Part shown: piece by piece, positions 53,421 to 61,861 of the stretch
Numbering within the stretch: the stretch's first letter is position 1
How the letters are laid out: every line of letters starts with the position of its first letter
Assembly (NCBI GenBank): GCA_943330755.2
Contig: CALQIY020000001.1
Span: 7,955 to 71,954 of the forward strand
Origin: Opitutus sp. GAS368
GTDB taxonomy: Bacteria; Verrucomicrobiota; Verrucomicrobiia; Opitutales; UBA953
Reading direction: 5' to 3'
DNA length: 64,000 nt
Made by a program: the position numbers and the translations under genes
The notes under the pieces: generated by a model
Databases searched by the model: none
Told to the model about the DNA's origin: nothing
What the model saw: the letters and a program-made list of their open reading frames with translations, nothing else

Positions 53421-55658
53421 TTAGCGGGGGAGGGGACCACCCAAGGCGCGGCGAAAGAAGTCCACGCGTTTGACCCGCATGTCTTCACGCTCGCAGGCGC
53501 CATGGCCACCGCCGAGGATGACGGTGAATTCCAGGAGGTCCTTCTTGCCGGCGGCGAGCAAGGCATCGCGCAGGTCATAGGTGCACTTGACGTCGACGTT
53601 GGTGTCGGACTCCCCGACCGTGAGGAAGAGCCGGCCCTGGAGTCTGTGGGCTTCCGTGAGGCATGCATTGGCGGCGTACCAAGGGCCCACGGGGTAACCC
53701 ATCCATTGCTCGTTCCACCACAACTTGTCGACGCGGTTGTCATGACAGCCGCAATCCGCGGCCGCCGCCTTGTAAAAGTCGCCATGCCGGAGCAACGCAT
53801 GCACGGCGTTCTGACCACCGGCGGAGCCACCGAAGATACCCACGCGGGTCAGGTCCATCTGCGGCTCGGTGCGACCCGCCGCCTTCAGCCAAGCGACCCG
53901 ATCGGGCAAACCGGCGTCGCCGAGGTTGCGCCAACACTCCTGATGGAACTCTTTGCCGCGATTCCAGGTGCCGCGCCCATCCATCTTGACCACATAGAAA
54001 TCCTGCAACGAGGGTTCGCGGAAGGAGGCATTCCAGACCGCGAAGGACTTGGGCACGAAGGAGTCTTGGGGGCCCGCATAGATGTATTCAATGACCGGGT
54101 ATTTCTTCTGCGGATCAAAGGGGAAGGGCCGGACGATGACGCCATGGATGTCGAACTTGCCGGCGCGGTCTTGGGCGACGAAGCGGCGGGGGGGCTCCCA
54201 ACCCGCGGCCCGTAGTTTGGCATCATCGGCTTGGCCGAGCTTGGCCACTTCGCGGCCATCACTGGCGCGCCGCAACACAAACCGCGGCGGCAGGTCGACC
54301 CGGGAAAAGGTGTCGACGAGGTACTTGCGGCCGGGGCCGAACACGACGTCGTGCGTGCCGTCGCCGCTGGTCAGCGCAACCAGGCCGGTGCCATCGAAAT
54401 TCACGCGGTAGACCTGACGGTAGTACGGATCTTCGCTGGGATTGCGGCCGAGGCCGACAAACGTCACCTGCCGCGCGGCTTCGTCGACATGCAGGACCGA
54501 TTTCATCACCCACGCACCCGACGTCACGGCGTTGAGCGTGGCGCCGGTGCGCAGATCCACCCGATACAGATGCGTCCAACCGGAACGTTCCGACACCCAT
54601 AGGGTGGTATCATCCGGCAGGTCGTAGCGATAGAAGCTGCCGTAGGTGAAGACGAACTTCGGATCTTCTTCGGCGAGGAGCTTCCGCCACTGTTTCGTCC
54701 CGACGTCGAATTCGATGATGCCGTGCCCCGTGAATCCCCGGAGGGTGTAAGTCGAACGCAGGCGCTGGGAGTCGGCCGTCCAATCCAGACGATCGGTGTT
54801 CATGGTCAGGGGCAGCACATCCAGCCCCGGATAGCGAAAACCGCCCGCCAGGCTGAAAACGCAGGCCAGTTGCTGCGTCTTGTCATCGCCGGGCTTGTCA
54901 TACTCGATCTCCTTTTCGGTCTGCTTGACCGAATCCTTGACGAGGTATTTGCGCACCGGCACCGCGCGGGTCGCCCAAAGCGCGAACTGCTTGCCGTCGG
55001 GAGACCAGGCGGGCTGACCACTCCAGGCAAAGCCGGCGGGCAGGGCCGTGCTGCCCTTGCCGCCGCTGGCGACGAACACGCGTTTTTCGCCGGAGGTTGC
55101 GGTCGCCGTCACTTCCGCACCCTCGACGGTGACGCGCCAAAGGCCGTCGGGAGATTTGCTGCCGTAACGGGTGGAACTCAGCATCCGCGATGAGCCGGTG
55201 CTGCGGATGCGGCCGGCGGCGGGGGCCGTCTTGAGGTCAGCCGCCTTGCTGGCGTCCTGCTTCTGGATGGAGCCATCGGGCGACCACGTGCAGACGAAGC
55301 CGTTACCCTCGATCCATAGTTTGCCGTCGTCCTGGGGCTGGACACGGGAAATCCCGAGGTTGCGGACCTCGGCCTGGGGTTTGATTTCCTTGCGCAAGGC
55401 CGCCACCAAGGCTTCGGGATCAAAAGCCGCGGCGACCTGACCCGTCGCGCATTCGACGACCTTGAACTCCGTCCGCCCCTCGGGGGTCCGCCAACTGTAG
55501 GCGAGCCGTTCACCGGAAGGAGACCATTGCACATTCTCCAAGCGGGTGTTGCTGATCGCACCGGTCCAAGTCTCGTACTGTTTTTGCCAAACCTTGGGCG
55601 AGGGGACTTGGGCACAGAGAACCCAAGGGAACAGCAGCCATAAGCAGCGGAGGGGCAT
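53421..55658 (-). CDS. S9-family serine peptidase (dipeptidyl-peptidase IV-like), secreted
   Basis: Signal peptide MPLRCLWLLFPWVLCAQ, DPP-IV-type N-terminal propeller and nucleophile elbow GGSAGGQNA. ATG 55658 (a GTG lies at 55673). Confidence 0.85.
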   Translation of the reverse strand: MPLRCLWLLFPWVLCAQVPSPKVWQKQYETWTGAISNTRLENVQWSPSGERLAYSWRTPEGRTEFKVVECATGQVAAAFDPEALVAALRKEIKPQAEVRNLGISRVQPQDDGKLWIEGNGFVCTWSPDGSIQKQDASKAADLKTAPAAGRIRSTGSSRMLSSTRYGSKSPDGLWRVTVEGAEVTATATSGEKRVFVASGGKGSTALPAGFAWSGQPAWSPDGKQFALWATRAVPVRKYLVKDSVKQTEKEIEYDKPGDDKTQQLACVFSLAGGFRYPGLDVLPLTMNTDRLDWTADSQRLRSTYTLRGFTGHGIIEFDVGTKQWRKLLAEEDPKFVFTYGSFYRYDLPDDTTLWVSERSGWTHLYRVDLRTGATLNAVTSGAWVMKSVLHVDEAARQVTFVGLGRNPSEDPYYRQVYRVNFDGTGLVALTSGDGTHDVVFGPGRKYLVDTFSRVDLPPRFVLRRASDGREVAKLGQADDAKLRAAGWEPPRRFVAQDRAGKFDIHGVIVRPFPFDPQKKYPVIEYIYAGPQDSFVPKSFAVWNASFREPSLQDFYVVKMDGRGTWNRGKEFHQECWRNLGDAGLPDRVAWLKAAGRTEPQMDLTRVGIFGGSAGGQNAVHALLRHGDFYKAAAADCGCHDNRVDKLWWNEQWMGYPVGPWYAANACLTEAHRLQGRLFLTVGESDTNVDVKCTYDLRDALLAAGKKDLLEFTVILGGGHGACEREDMRVKRVDFFRRALGGPLPR

Positions 55659-55712
55659 GCGAACATTAAACACCGTAGTCCTTGACTGTTCAACCCTACA
55701 TCCAACTAGGGA

Positions 55713-58700
55713 CTACTTCTTAGCCTTCGGGGTCTTTGTTTTCAGACTAGCAAGGTAAGCGACGACATCACGCAGCTCCGCAGGCTTCAGAATCCCCAGC
55801 ATGGGTGGCATCATTGAGATCGGCGGGGTGCGACTGACGACTGCACCGACGGCGACGTCCTTCAGGACGCCATCCGGCTGCCGCAAGCGCAGCGACTCTT
55901 TGGTCTCGCTGACGACACTGCCCGCAACGACCTCCCCGGACCGCAGGGTCAAGGTCTCAAACCCAAACCCGGCGACGACCTTCGCCGAGGGATTGACCAG
56001 CGACTCGGCGAGTTCCGCCGGGGTCCGCTGCTCACCGACCTTCTTGAGCCATGGGCCGACTTCACTGCCTTCGTCGGACTCGAAGCGATGGCAGGCCACG
56101 CAATTGGCGGCGAGGTGTTCCTGCGCAAGGGCGCGCCCACGGGACGAATCGCCGCCCGCGATCAAGAGTTCATAAGGCAACCCCGGCGCCGCCAACTGCT
56201 CGGGCTTGCGCGCCACGTCGAGGTATCGCTGGAGGGCCGTCTGGATCGCGGGCTCCGCCGACGTCTGTGCCGCCAAAAAGACATCGAGGCGCAGGGAGTC
56301 GTTGAACTTGGGCTGCAGGAGCTTGTTCACGAGAACCAATCGCGGCTGGCTCGCCGCCGCTTCGGTGCTGGCGAAGAGCACGCGGACCGCGGCTTGCTTC
56401 TCGGCAAGGCTCGACCCTGCGACGTCGAGGAAACGGCGGGCGACGGTCAAAGCACTGGCGGGATCAGCTTGGGCCAGGAGTTGGAGCCCCTCGATCCGCA
56501 GGGACGATTCGACCCCGTCGTTGGTCGCGGCGAGGAGGGCTGCATTGATGGCGGCCCGCGGTTCGGCCTTGGCCGCGAGGAGGCGGAGGACCTGCAAACG
56601 CACGGCAGCGGCTACCTTGGGGTCCTGCGCCAACTTCAGCAGTTCGGGCGTGGGGACTTCCAATCCATAGCGGACCAAGATTTCGACCCCGGACGCCTTC
56701 AGCGACTCGTTTTCGAAGGCCAGCAACTTAGCCTGACCTTGCCGCAGAACGGCCGCCAGGGCAGGGCGGTCACGCTTTGGATAGCGCTTCGCCGTACCAT
56801 CGACGAGGTCAAGGACCGGCGGGAGCTCGAAGACCAGGAGTGCTTGCAGAGCTTCATCAACCAAGGCGCCCGTCTCCGGCTGAGCCTCGAGCCAACGGAG
56901 GATACGCGAGGCGGCCGCGGGCGTTCCTTCGCGAAGGTTCTGGTTGATGACCCGACGCAAGGCGGTGACCGGGAAAGCGGCGCGGCCCAAGGCTTGCGCC
57001 AACGCCGGCTGCGCCGCCGGGACACCTTCATCGTCATGGATGGCCCGGACGGCTTCATTGAGGACGTCGGGGTGCGGCGAGGTCAGCAACTCGGCCAACA
57101 GCGGGGAACGCTGCCTTGCCAGCGCCAAGGTGGCGAAGGTCGCTTGGGCGGCGTCCGGGCCCTGCGCCAACTTGAGCAAATCTTCCTGACTCTGGGTCCC
57201 CGCCAGGCCCATGACCAAGCCGTGACGCAGCCAGGGCATCTTCAGGTCGGCGCTCGCATCCTGAAAGAAGCGCGCAGCCGGAACCTTGGTGCCCATCAAA
57301 CCGACGCGACCGATCCCCAAGCGCCCCAGCGTGAGGCCGGCCTGCATCCGGAGGCGCGGATTCCGTGCGCCGAGTTGGGCCAGCATCTTTTCGGCGAGCA
57401 AGTCGGTGACTTCCGTTTCAAGCGTCAGACGGGTGGGCGGAGGCACGCGACCTTCGGCGAGAACCTTGAGCGTCTGCACGCGGATTTCCTCGTCGGGGTC
57501 AGCCAAAAGCTCGGCCGCCCCCTTGAGCGACGGGAGCTGGCCATGCCGCAAGCCCATGCCCCAACCCCAAATCGCGTGGATGCGGGCGAGGCGCTCCCGC
57601 TTGCCATCCACGGCGACGGTCATGAGGTCGGCCCAAGCGCCGAGCCGGTCCAGCCGCAGCGAAGCGTTAACCCGAACCCGCTGGTCGGGGTGGCCCAACA
57701 AAGCCAAGAGACGCTCCTTCGGAATCGGTGTCGTCAACGGAAGCGAAAGGATTTCCTGCGAGACCGGGTCGGTTTTGGTCGCCACGGCCATGCTCCAAAC
57801 CGCCCCTTTGCCATCGAGCGGATACCCGCCGATCCAGTCGGCGAAGTAGGCTTTACCGTCGGGTCCCCAGGCCATCCCGATGCCCATGATGCCTTGGTTG
57901 ATCGTGCGGAGTCCCACCATCTTGAAACTGTCGGCCGCGGTCTCCAGGGCGAAGGCATCCATCTTACCGTTCGGGAACTGATCGAGGATGAAGTGTCCGC
58001 GCAAGGTCCCATCGAGGGCGTGGCCAGGTTCATGGAGGAACCCCGCCGGGCCATCCGAATAATTGGCGATGGGCGGGGTGAAGCACAACGGCTGGCTGGG
58101 CGCCCCCGCGGGCTGCCAGATGTTTTCGCGCATCCAGCGGCTGTTCAACTTCATGTACTGGTGCTGATTCCGCCAACCAGAGTCGGAACCCTCGACGACA
58201 TAGACGAGCCGTTCGCGCTCCTTGGGTTGGTCGGCGTCGTTGTCGACCCCGATGACATTACCGAAGTCATCGAAGGCGATCTCCTGGATGTTGCGGACGC
58301 CCGAAGCGAAGACCTCGAAGCCCGTCCCATCGGGCTCCGCGCGCAGGACCGCCCCCGTATGCGGGTAGAAGAAACGCTTACCTTCCTTGCTGAGGACGTT
58401 CGTGCCCTTGTCGCCGATCGTCCAATAGATGCGACCATCCGGCCCGAGGCGGAGCCCATGCATGTCGTGACCGGCATAGGCGATGTGGACCCCGAAGCCC
58501 GTGACGACGAGTTCCTTGAGGTCGGCGACGCCGTCGCCATCCGTATCCTTGAGTCGCCAAAGGTCGGGCTGGGCGGTGAGGTAGACCCACCCATCGTGAT
58601 AGAGAATCCCGGCCGCGATGCCGGCCCCGACGGAATTGAATCCCTCCGCGAAGGTGGTGATCTTGTCGGCCAAACCATCACCATCGGTGTCGACCAACTT

Positions 58701-59060
58701 GTAGATGCGTTCCTTGTGGACGGTGAGGTCCTGCCAATCGACGCTGCCATCCCGATTGTGATCCTTGAGGCTACCTTCCGGGCCGCGCATGACGCCGGGC
58801 GCCATGATGCGCTTATAGAAAGCTTCCTTCTCCAACGGGGAGGTCAGGGCCACGTCCTCCGCGATCCACTTAGTGTGCTCGCGGATGTCGAGGTCGGCCA
58901 CCTTGCGCCGAGTGGTCGCACAGACGTACACGGCCCCCTTTTCATCGACGGTTACCGCCACGGGATCCGGCACGTTGATGGCGCCCGACCACTTGAGCGG
59001 GGATACCTCAGCCGCCGGAAGGCCTAAGCTGAGGGCAAGCAGGGCGAGCAAGGGGCGCAT
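55713..59060 (-). CDS. PVC-type heme-binding CxxCH protein (dehydrogenase-like beta-propeller, HEAT repeats, C-terminal cytochrome c)
   Basis: Signal peptide MRPLLALLALSLGLPAAE, a sorbosone/glucose dehydrogenase-like N-terminal domain, long HEAT-like helical repeats and the heme motif ANCVACHRF near the C-terminus. Confidence 0.8.
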   Translation of the reverse strand: MRPLLALLALSLGLPAAEVSPLKWSGAINVPDPVAVTVDEKGAVYVCATTRRKVADLDIREHTKWIAEDVALTSPLEKEAFYKRIMAPGVMRGPEGSLKDHNRDGSVDWQDLTVHKERIYKLVDTDGDGLADKITTFAEGFNSVGAGIAAGILYHDGWVYLTAQPDLWRLKDTDGDGVADLKELVVTGFGVHIAYAGHDMHGLRLGPDGRIYWTIGDKGTNVLSKEGKRFFYPHTGAVLRAEPDGTGFEVFASGVRNIQEIAFDDFGNVIGVDNDADQPKERERLVYVVEGSDSGWRNQHQYMKLNSRWMRENIWQPAGAPSQPLCFTPPIANYSDGPAGFLHEPGHALDGTLRGHFILDQFPNGKMDAFALETAADSFKMVGLRTINQGIMGIGMAWGPDGKAYFADWIGGYPLDGKGAVWSMAVATKTDPVSQEILSLPLTTPIPKERLLALLGHPDQRVRVNASLRLDRLGAWADLMTVAVDGKRERLARIHAIWGWGMGLRHGQLPSLKGAAELLADPDEEIRVQTLKVLAEGRVPPPTRLTLETEVTDLLAEKMLAQLGARNPRLRMQAGLTLGRLGIGRVGLMGTKVPAARFFQDASADLKMPWLRHGLVMGLAGTQSQEDLLKLAQGPDAAQATFATLALARQRSPLLAELLTSPHPDVLNEAVRAIHDDEGVPAAQPALAQALGRAAFPVTALRRVINQNLREGTPAAASRILRWLEAQPETGALVDEALQALLVFELPPVLDLVDGTAKRYPKRDRPALAAVLRQGQAKLLAFENESLKASGVEILVRYGLEVPTPELLKLAQDPKVAAAVRLQVLRLLAAKAEPRAAINAALLAATNDGVESSLRIEGLQLLAQADPASALTVARRFLDVAGSSLAEKQAAVRVLFASTEAAASQPRLVLVNKLLQPKFNDSLRLDVFLAAQTSAEPAIQTALQRYLDVARKPEQLAAPGLPYELLIAGGDSSRGRALAQEHLAANCVACHRFESDEGSEVGPWLKKVGEQRTPAELAESLVNPSAKVVAGFGFETLTLRSGEVVAGSVVSETKESLRLRQPDGVLKDVAVGAVVSRTPPISMMPPMLGILKPAELRDVVAYLASLKTKTPKAKK

Positions 59061-59069
59061 GACACTCCT

Positions 59070-59750
59070 TTAACCCACCAAAACCAGGTAAAGTTCCTTC
59101 GGACCGTGGGCACCGAGCACTAAAATCCGTTCGATATCCCCCGTGCGGCTCGGCCCCGTGATGAAGGAGAGCATGCTGGGCATCTGGGCGCCGTGTTCGG
59201 CTTGGAGCTGCGCGAGGGCCGTGGCGAGGTCGGGGACGACTTGGTCGACGCGAGCAACGACCACGTGGACGTGTGGCAGAATCGAGAGGGCCCGGCCGCC
59301 GGAAGAGGCGCTGGAAACCAAAATGGAGCCCAACTGGGCGACAATCGACTCGCAGGAAGTGATGGAGGCATCGCAGCCTTCCAGCTTCTGTTTCTCGAAC
59401 GAGGCATCGGCCTCCCATGAAGCGCACGGCAGGGCGGCGGCCACGGGGCGGACCAGCGGGGCGCCATGGTAAGCGACTTGCTTCCAGGCTTTGGCACGGG
59501 CGAGGTCCGCCACCGCTTGACCAGCGGCGGCTTCATCGGGCACGCGGATGAGCACGGCCTTAAGCTTGGCCAACTGCTCGGCGAGAATGAGGAGGCTGGC
59601 ATCCAGCGTCTCACCGCCGTCGGGCAACCAAGGCTTGGCGACCTTGACCGGCTGCCCAGCGGTGGCCTCGGCCTTGAAATGCGGCTTCGGCGCCTTGACC
59701 GTCAACGCCTCGCGGATGCGGGCCAGGATATCGGAGCGTGCGTCAGCCAT
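59070..59750 (-). CDS. lutC: lactate utilization protein C (LUD domain)
   Basis: LutC/YkgG-like, 226 aa, overlapping the lutB stop by 8 nt. Confidence 0.85.
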   Translation of the reverse strand: MADARSDILARIREALTVKAPKPHFKAEATAGQPVKVAKPWLPDGGETLDASLLILAEQLAKLKAVLIRVPDEAAAGQAVADLARAKAWKQVAYHGAPLVRPVAAALPCASWEADASFEKQKLEGCDASITSCESIVAQLGSILVSSASSGGRALSILPHVHVVVARVDQVVPDLATALAQLQAEHGAQMPSMLSFITGPSRTGDIERILVLGAHGPKELYLVLVG

Positions 59751-61134
59751 GGGCGGAATCCTTCCATTGATCGCGGAACGACTTGGGTGGAGCGACCGGG
59801 AGGTCGCGGGTCTTCAACCAAGCACTCATGTAAGGAAGCGGGAGCTTCTTGAGCAAAGGCAAGGTCGCGAGGAAGACCTTGCCACCGAGGGCGAACAAAG
59901 CGGGGCGCTTCATCACGAAACCAAAGCCCGCATGGAAGACGCGGTCGAAAAGGCTCGGGGACTGCTTCATCGCATTGCGGCGATTGTGCAGGAGGTGGTG
60001 GTGCAGGTCGATGCGGACCGGGCAGGCATCCGTGCACGCCCCGCACAGCGACGAGGCGCTCGACAAGTGGTTCCACTGCTTCAGGCCCCGGAGGTGCGGC
60101 GTGATGACGGAGCCGATCGGCCCTTGGTAAGTCGTGCCATAGGCCAAACCGCCGATGTTCTTGAAGATGGGGCAGACGTTGAGGCAGGCGCCGCAACGGA
60201 TGCAGTGCAAGGCATCGCGTTGCTCGGGATCCGCGAGCAACCGGGTGCGGGCGTTGTCGAGGAGCACCAGGTGGAACTGCTCCGGACCGTCGCATTCACC
60301 CGGCTTCCGGGGACCCGCGTACAAGGTGTTGTAGCAGGTCATCGGCTGACCGGCGCCGGCCGTGGCCAACATCGGCAGCAGCACGGCCAAGTCGTCCAGG
60401 CGATTGACCACCTTCTCGATGCCGGAGAGGGCGATATGGATGCGGGGCAGGGCGGCCGTCAGGCGGGCGTTGCCTTCGTTCTCGGTGATCGAGATCTGAC
60501 CCGTTTCGGCGACCAGGAAGTTCGCTCCGGTGATGCCGATGTCGGCGTCGACGTAGAGCTGCCGCAGGTGCCGGCGGGCGATCATGGTCAACTCCTCCGG
60601 GCTATCCGTCGGCGCGGTGCCCAGATGCTTGGTGAAGAGTTCGCTGATGGCTTCGCGCTTCACATGCATGCACGGGAAGACGAAGTGATAGGGCGGCTCG
60701 CCGCGGAGCTGCTGGATGAACTCGCCCAAGTCGCTTTCGACGACGCCGTAGCCGGCCTTTTCGAGCGCGTCGTTGAGGTGGATTTCCTCCGAAGTCATGC
60801 ACTTCGACTTCACGATGGCCTTCGCGTTCACGTCGGCCGCGATCTTGAGGATGATCGCCCGGGCTTCGGCGGAGTCGCGGGCCCAGTGCACGATGCCGCC
60901 GTTGCGTTCGAAATTGGCGGTGAACTTCTCGAGCTGGTTGGCGAGGTCGTTGACCGCGGTCCACTTGGCGAGCGAGGCCGCATCACGGGCGCGTTCCCAG
61001 TCCCGATAACGGGCCTTCTGGAGGTCGCGGTTGACGTAATAGCCGCCGAGGGCCTTGCGGATGAAGGCGCGCTGATCCCCGTCGGCGGCGTTCAGCGTGG
61101 CGTCCTTGATGAAGATCTGCTTGGCGTCGGACAT
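59743..61134 (-). CDS. lutB: lactate utilization iron-sulfur protein LutB
   Basis: Two 4Fe-4S motifs, CIRCGACLNVCP and CGACTDACP, plus a LUD domain. Trimmed to ATG 61134. Confidence 0.9.
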   Translation of the reverse strand: MSDAKQIFIKDATLNAADGDQRAFIRKALGGYYVNRDLQKARYRDWERARDAASLAKWTAVNDLANQLEKFTANFERNGGIVHWARDSAEARAIILKIAADVNAKAIVKSKCMTSEEIHLNDALEKAGYGVVESDLGEFIQQLRGEPPYHFVFPCMHVKREAISELFTKHLGTAPTDSPEELTMIARRHLRQLYVDADIGITGANFLVAETGQISITENEGNARLTAALPRIHIALSGIEKVVNRLDDLAVLLPMLATAGAGQPMTCYNTLYAGPRKPGECDGPEQFHLVLLDNARTRLLADPEQRDALHCIRCGACLNVCPIFKNIGGLAYGTTYQGPIGSVITPHLRGLKQWNHLSSASSLCGACTDACPVRIDLHHHLLHNRRNAMKQSPSLFDRVFHAGFGFVMKRPALFALGGKVFLATLPLLKKLPLPYMSAWLKTRDLPVAPPKSFRDQWKDSAHG

Positions 61135-61138
61135 CTCT

Positions 61139-61858
61139 TTAGGCGTCGTGGGCCAGCACTTCGGCGATGTGCAGGGGCAGGATCGGCTTACCTTCGCGCG
61201 AGAGCCAGCCACCGATCTGCAGCAGGCAGGAAGGGTCGGAGGAAACGACGAAGTCCGCGCCGGTGCGGGCGAGGGCGCCGCCCTTGACCTGCACCATGGC
61301 GGTGGAGATCATCGGGAACTTGGCCGAGAAGAGGCCGCCGAAGCCGCAGCAGGATTCGCCTTCCTCGGATTCGATCAGCTCCAGGCCCTTGACCGCCCGG
61401 AGCAGCTGCCGGGGTTCCTCCTTGAGGCGAAGCTCGCGGAGCGCGTGACAACCGTCGTGATAGGTGACCTTCTTGGCGAACTTGGCCCCGACGTCGGTGA
61501 CGCCGAGCTGGTTGACCAGGAATTCGGAGAACTCGAAAGTCCGCGCGGCGAGGTCCTCGGCGGCGGCGAGATGCGGGGTGTCCTTGAGGAGCTCCGGGTA
61601 GAACTTCTTGATCATCGCCACGCAGGAGCCGGAGGGACCGACGACGACTTCCGCGCCGCGGAAGACCTGGAGGGCGCGGATGGCACCCTCGCGGGCGACA
61701 TCCCATTGGCCCGAGTTGAACGACGGTTGGCCGCAGCAGGTCTGTTCGGCGCGGAATTCCACATCATGCCCGAGGCGCTTAAGCACCTTGGCCGTAGCCA
61801 AGCCCACCTGAGGGGCGAGCTGGTCGACGAAGCAAGGAACGAAGAGCGAGACGCGCAC
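61139..61858 (-). CDS. lutA: lactate utilization protein A (CCG-domain Fe-S oxidoreductase)
   Basis: Two cysteine-rich CCG motifs (CCGQPSFNSG, CCGFGG). GTG start. Confidence 0.88.
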   Translation of the reverse strand: MRVSLFVPCFVDQLAPQVGLATAKVLKRLGHDVEFRAEQTCCGQPSFNSGQWDVAREGAIRALQVFRGAEVVVGPSGSCVAMIKKFYPELLKDTPHLAAAEDLAARTFEFSEFLVNQLGVTDVGAKFAKKVTYHDGCHALRELRLKEEPRQLLRAVKGLELIESEEGESCCGFGGLFSAKFPMISTAMVQVKGGALARTGADFVVSSDPSCLLQIGGWLSREGKPILPLHIAEVLAHDA

Positions 61859-61861
61859 GAT

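Noticed and set aside
56088-59027. 979-aa plus-strand ORF. Similar long plus-strand ORFs: 61097..63673 (858 aa), 6253..8628 (791 aa), 26444..28615 (723 aa), 59548..61287 (579 aa), 51107..52723 (538 aa).
   Set aside because: Each lies entirely antisense to a minus-strand gene with clear family motifs (PVC heme protein, rhaEW/lutA, sucA, ppk1, lutB, orphan protein). All show the same Arg/Gly/Asp/Ala-rich artefact composition.
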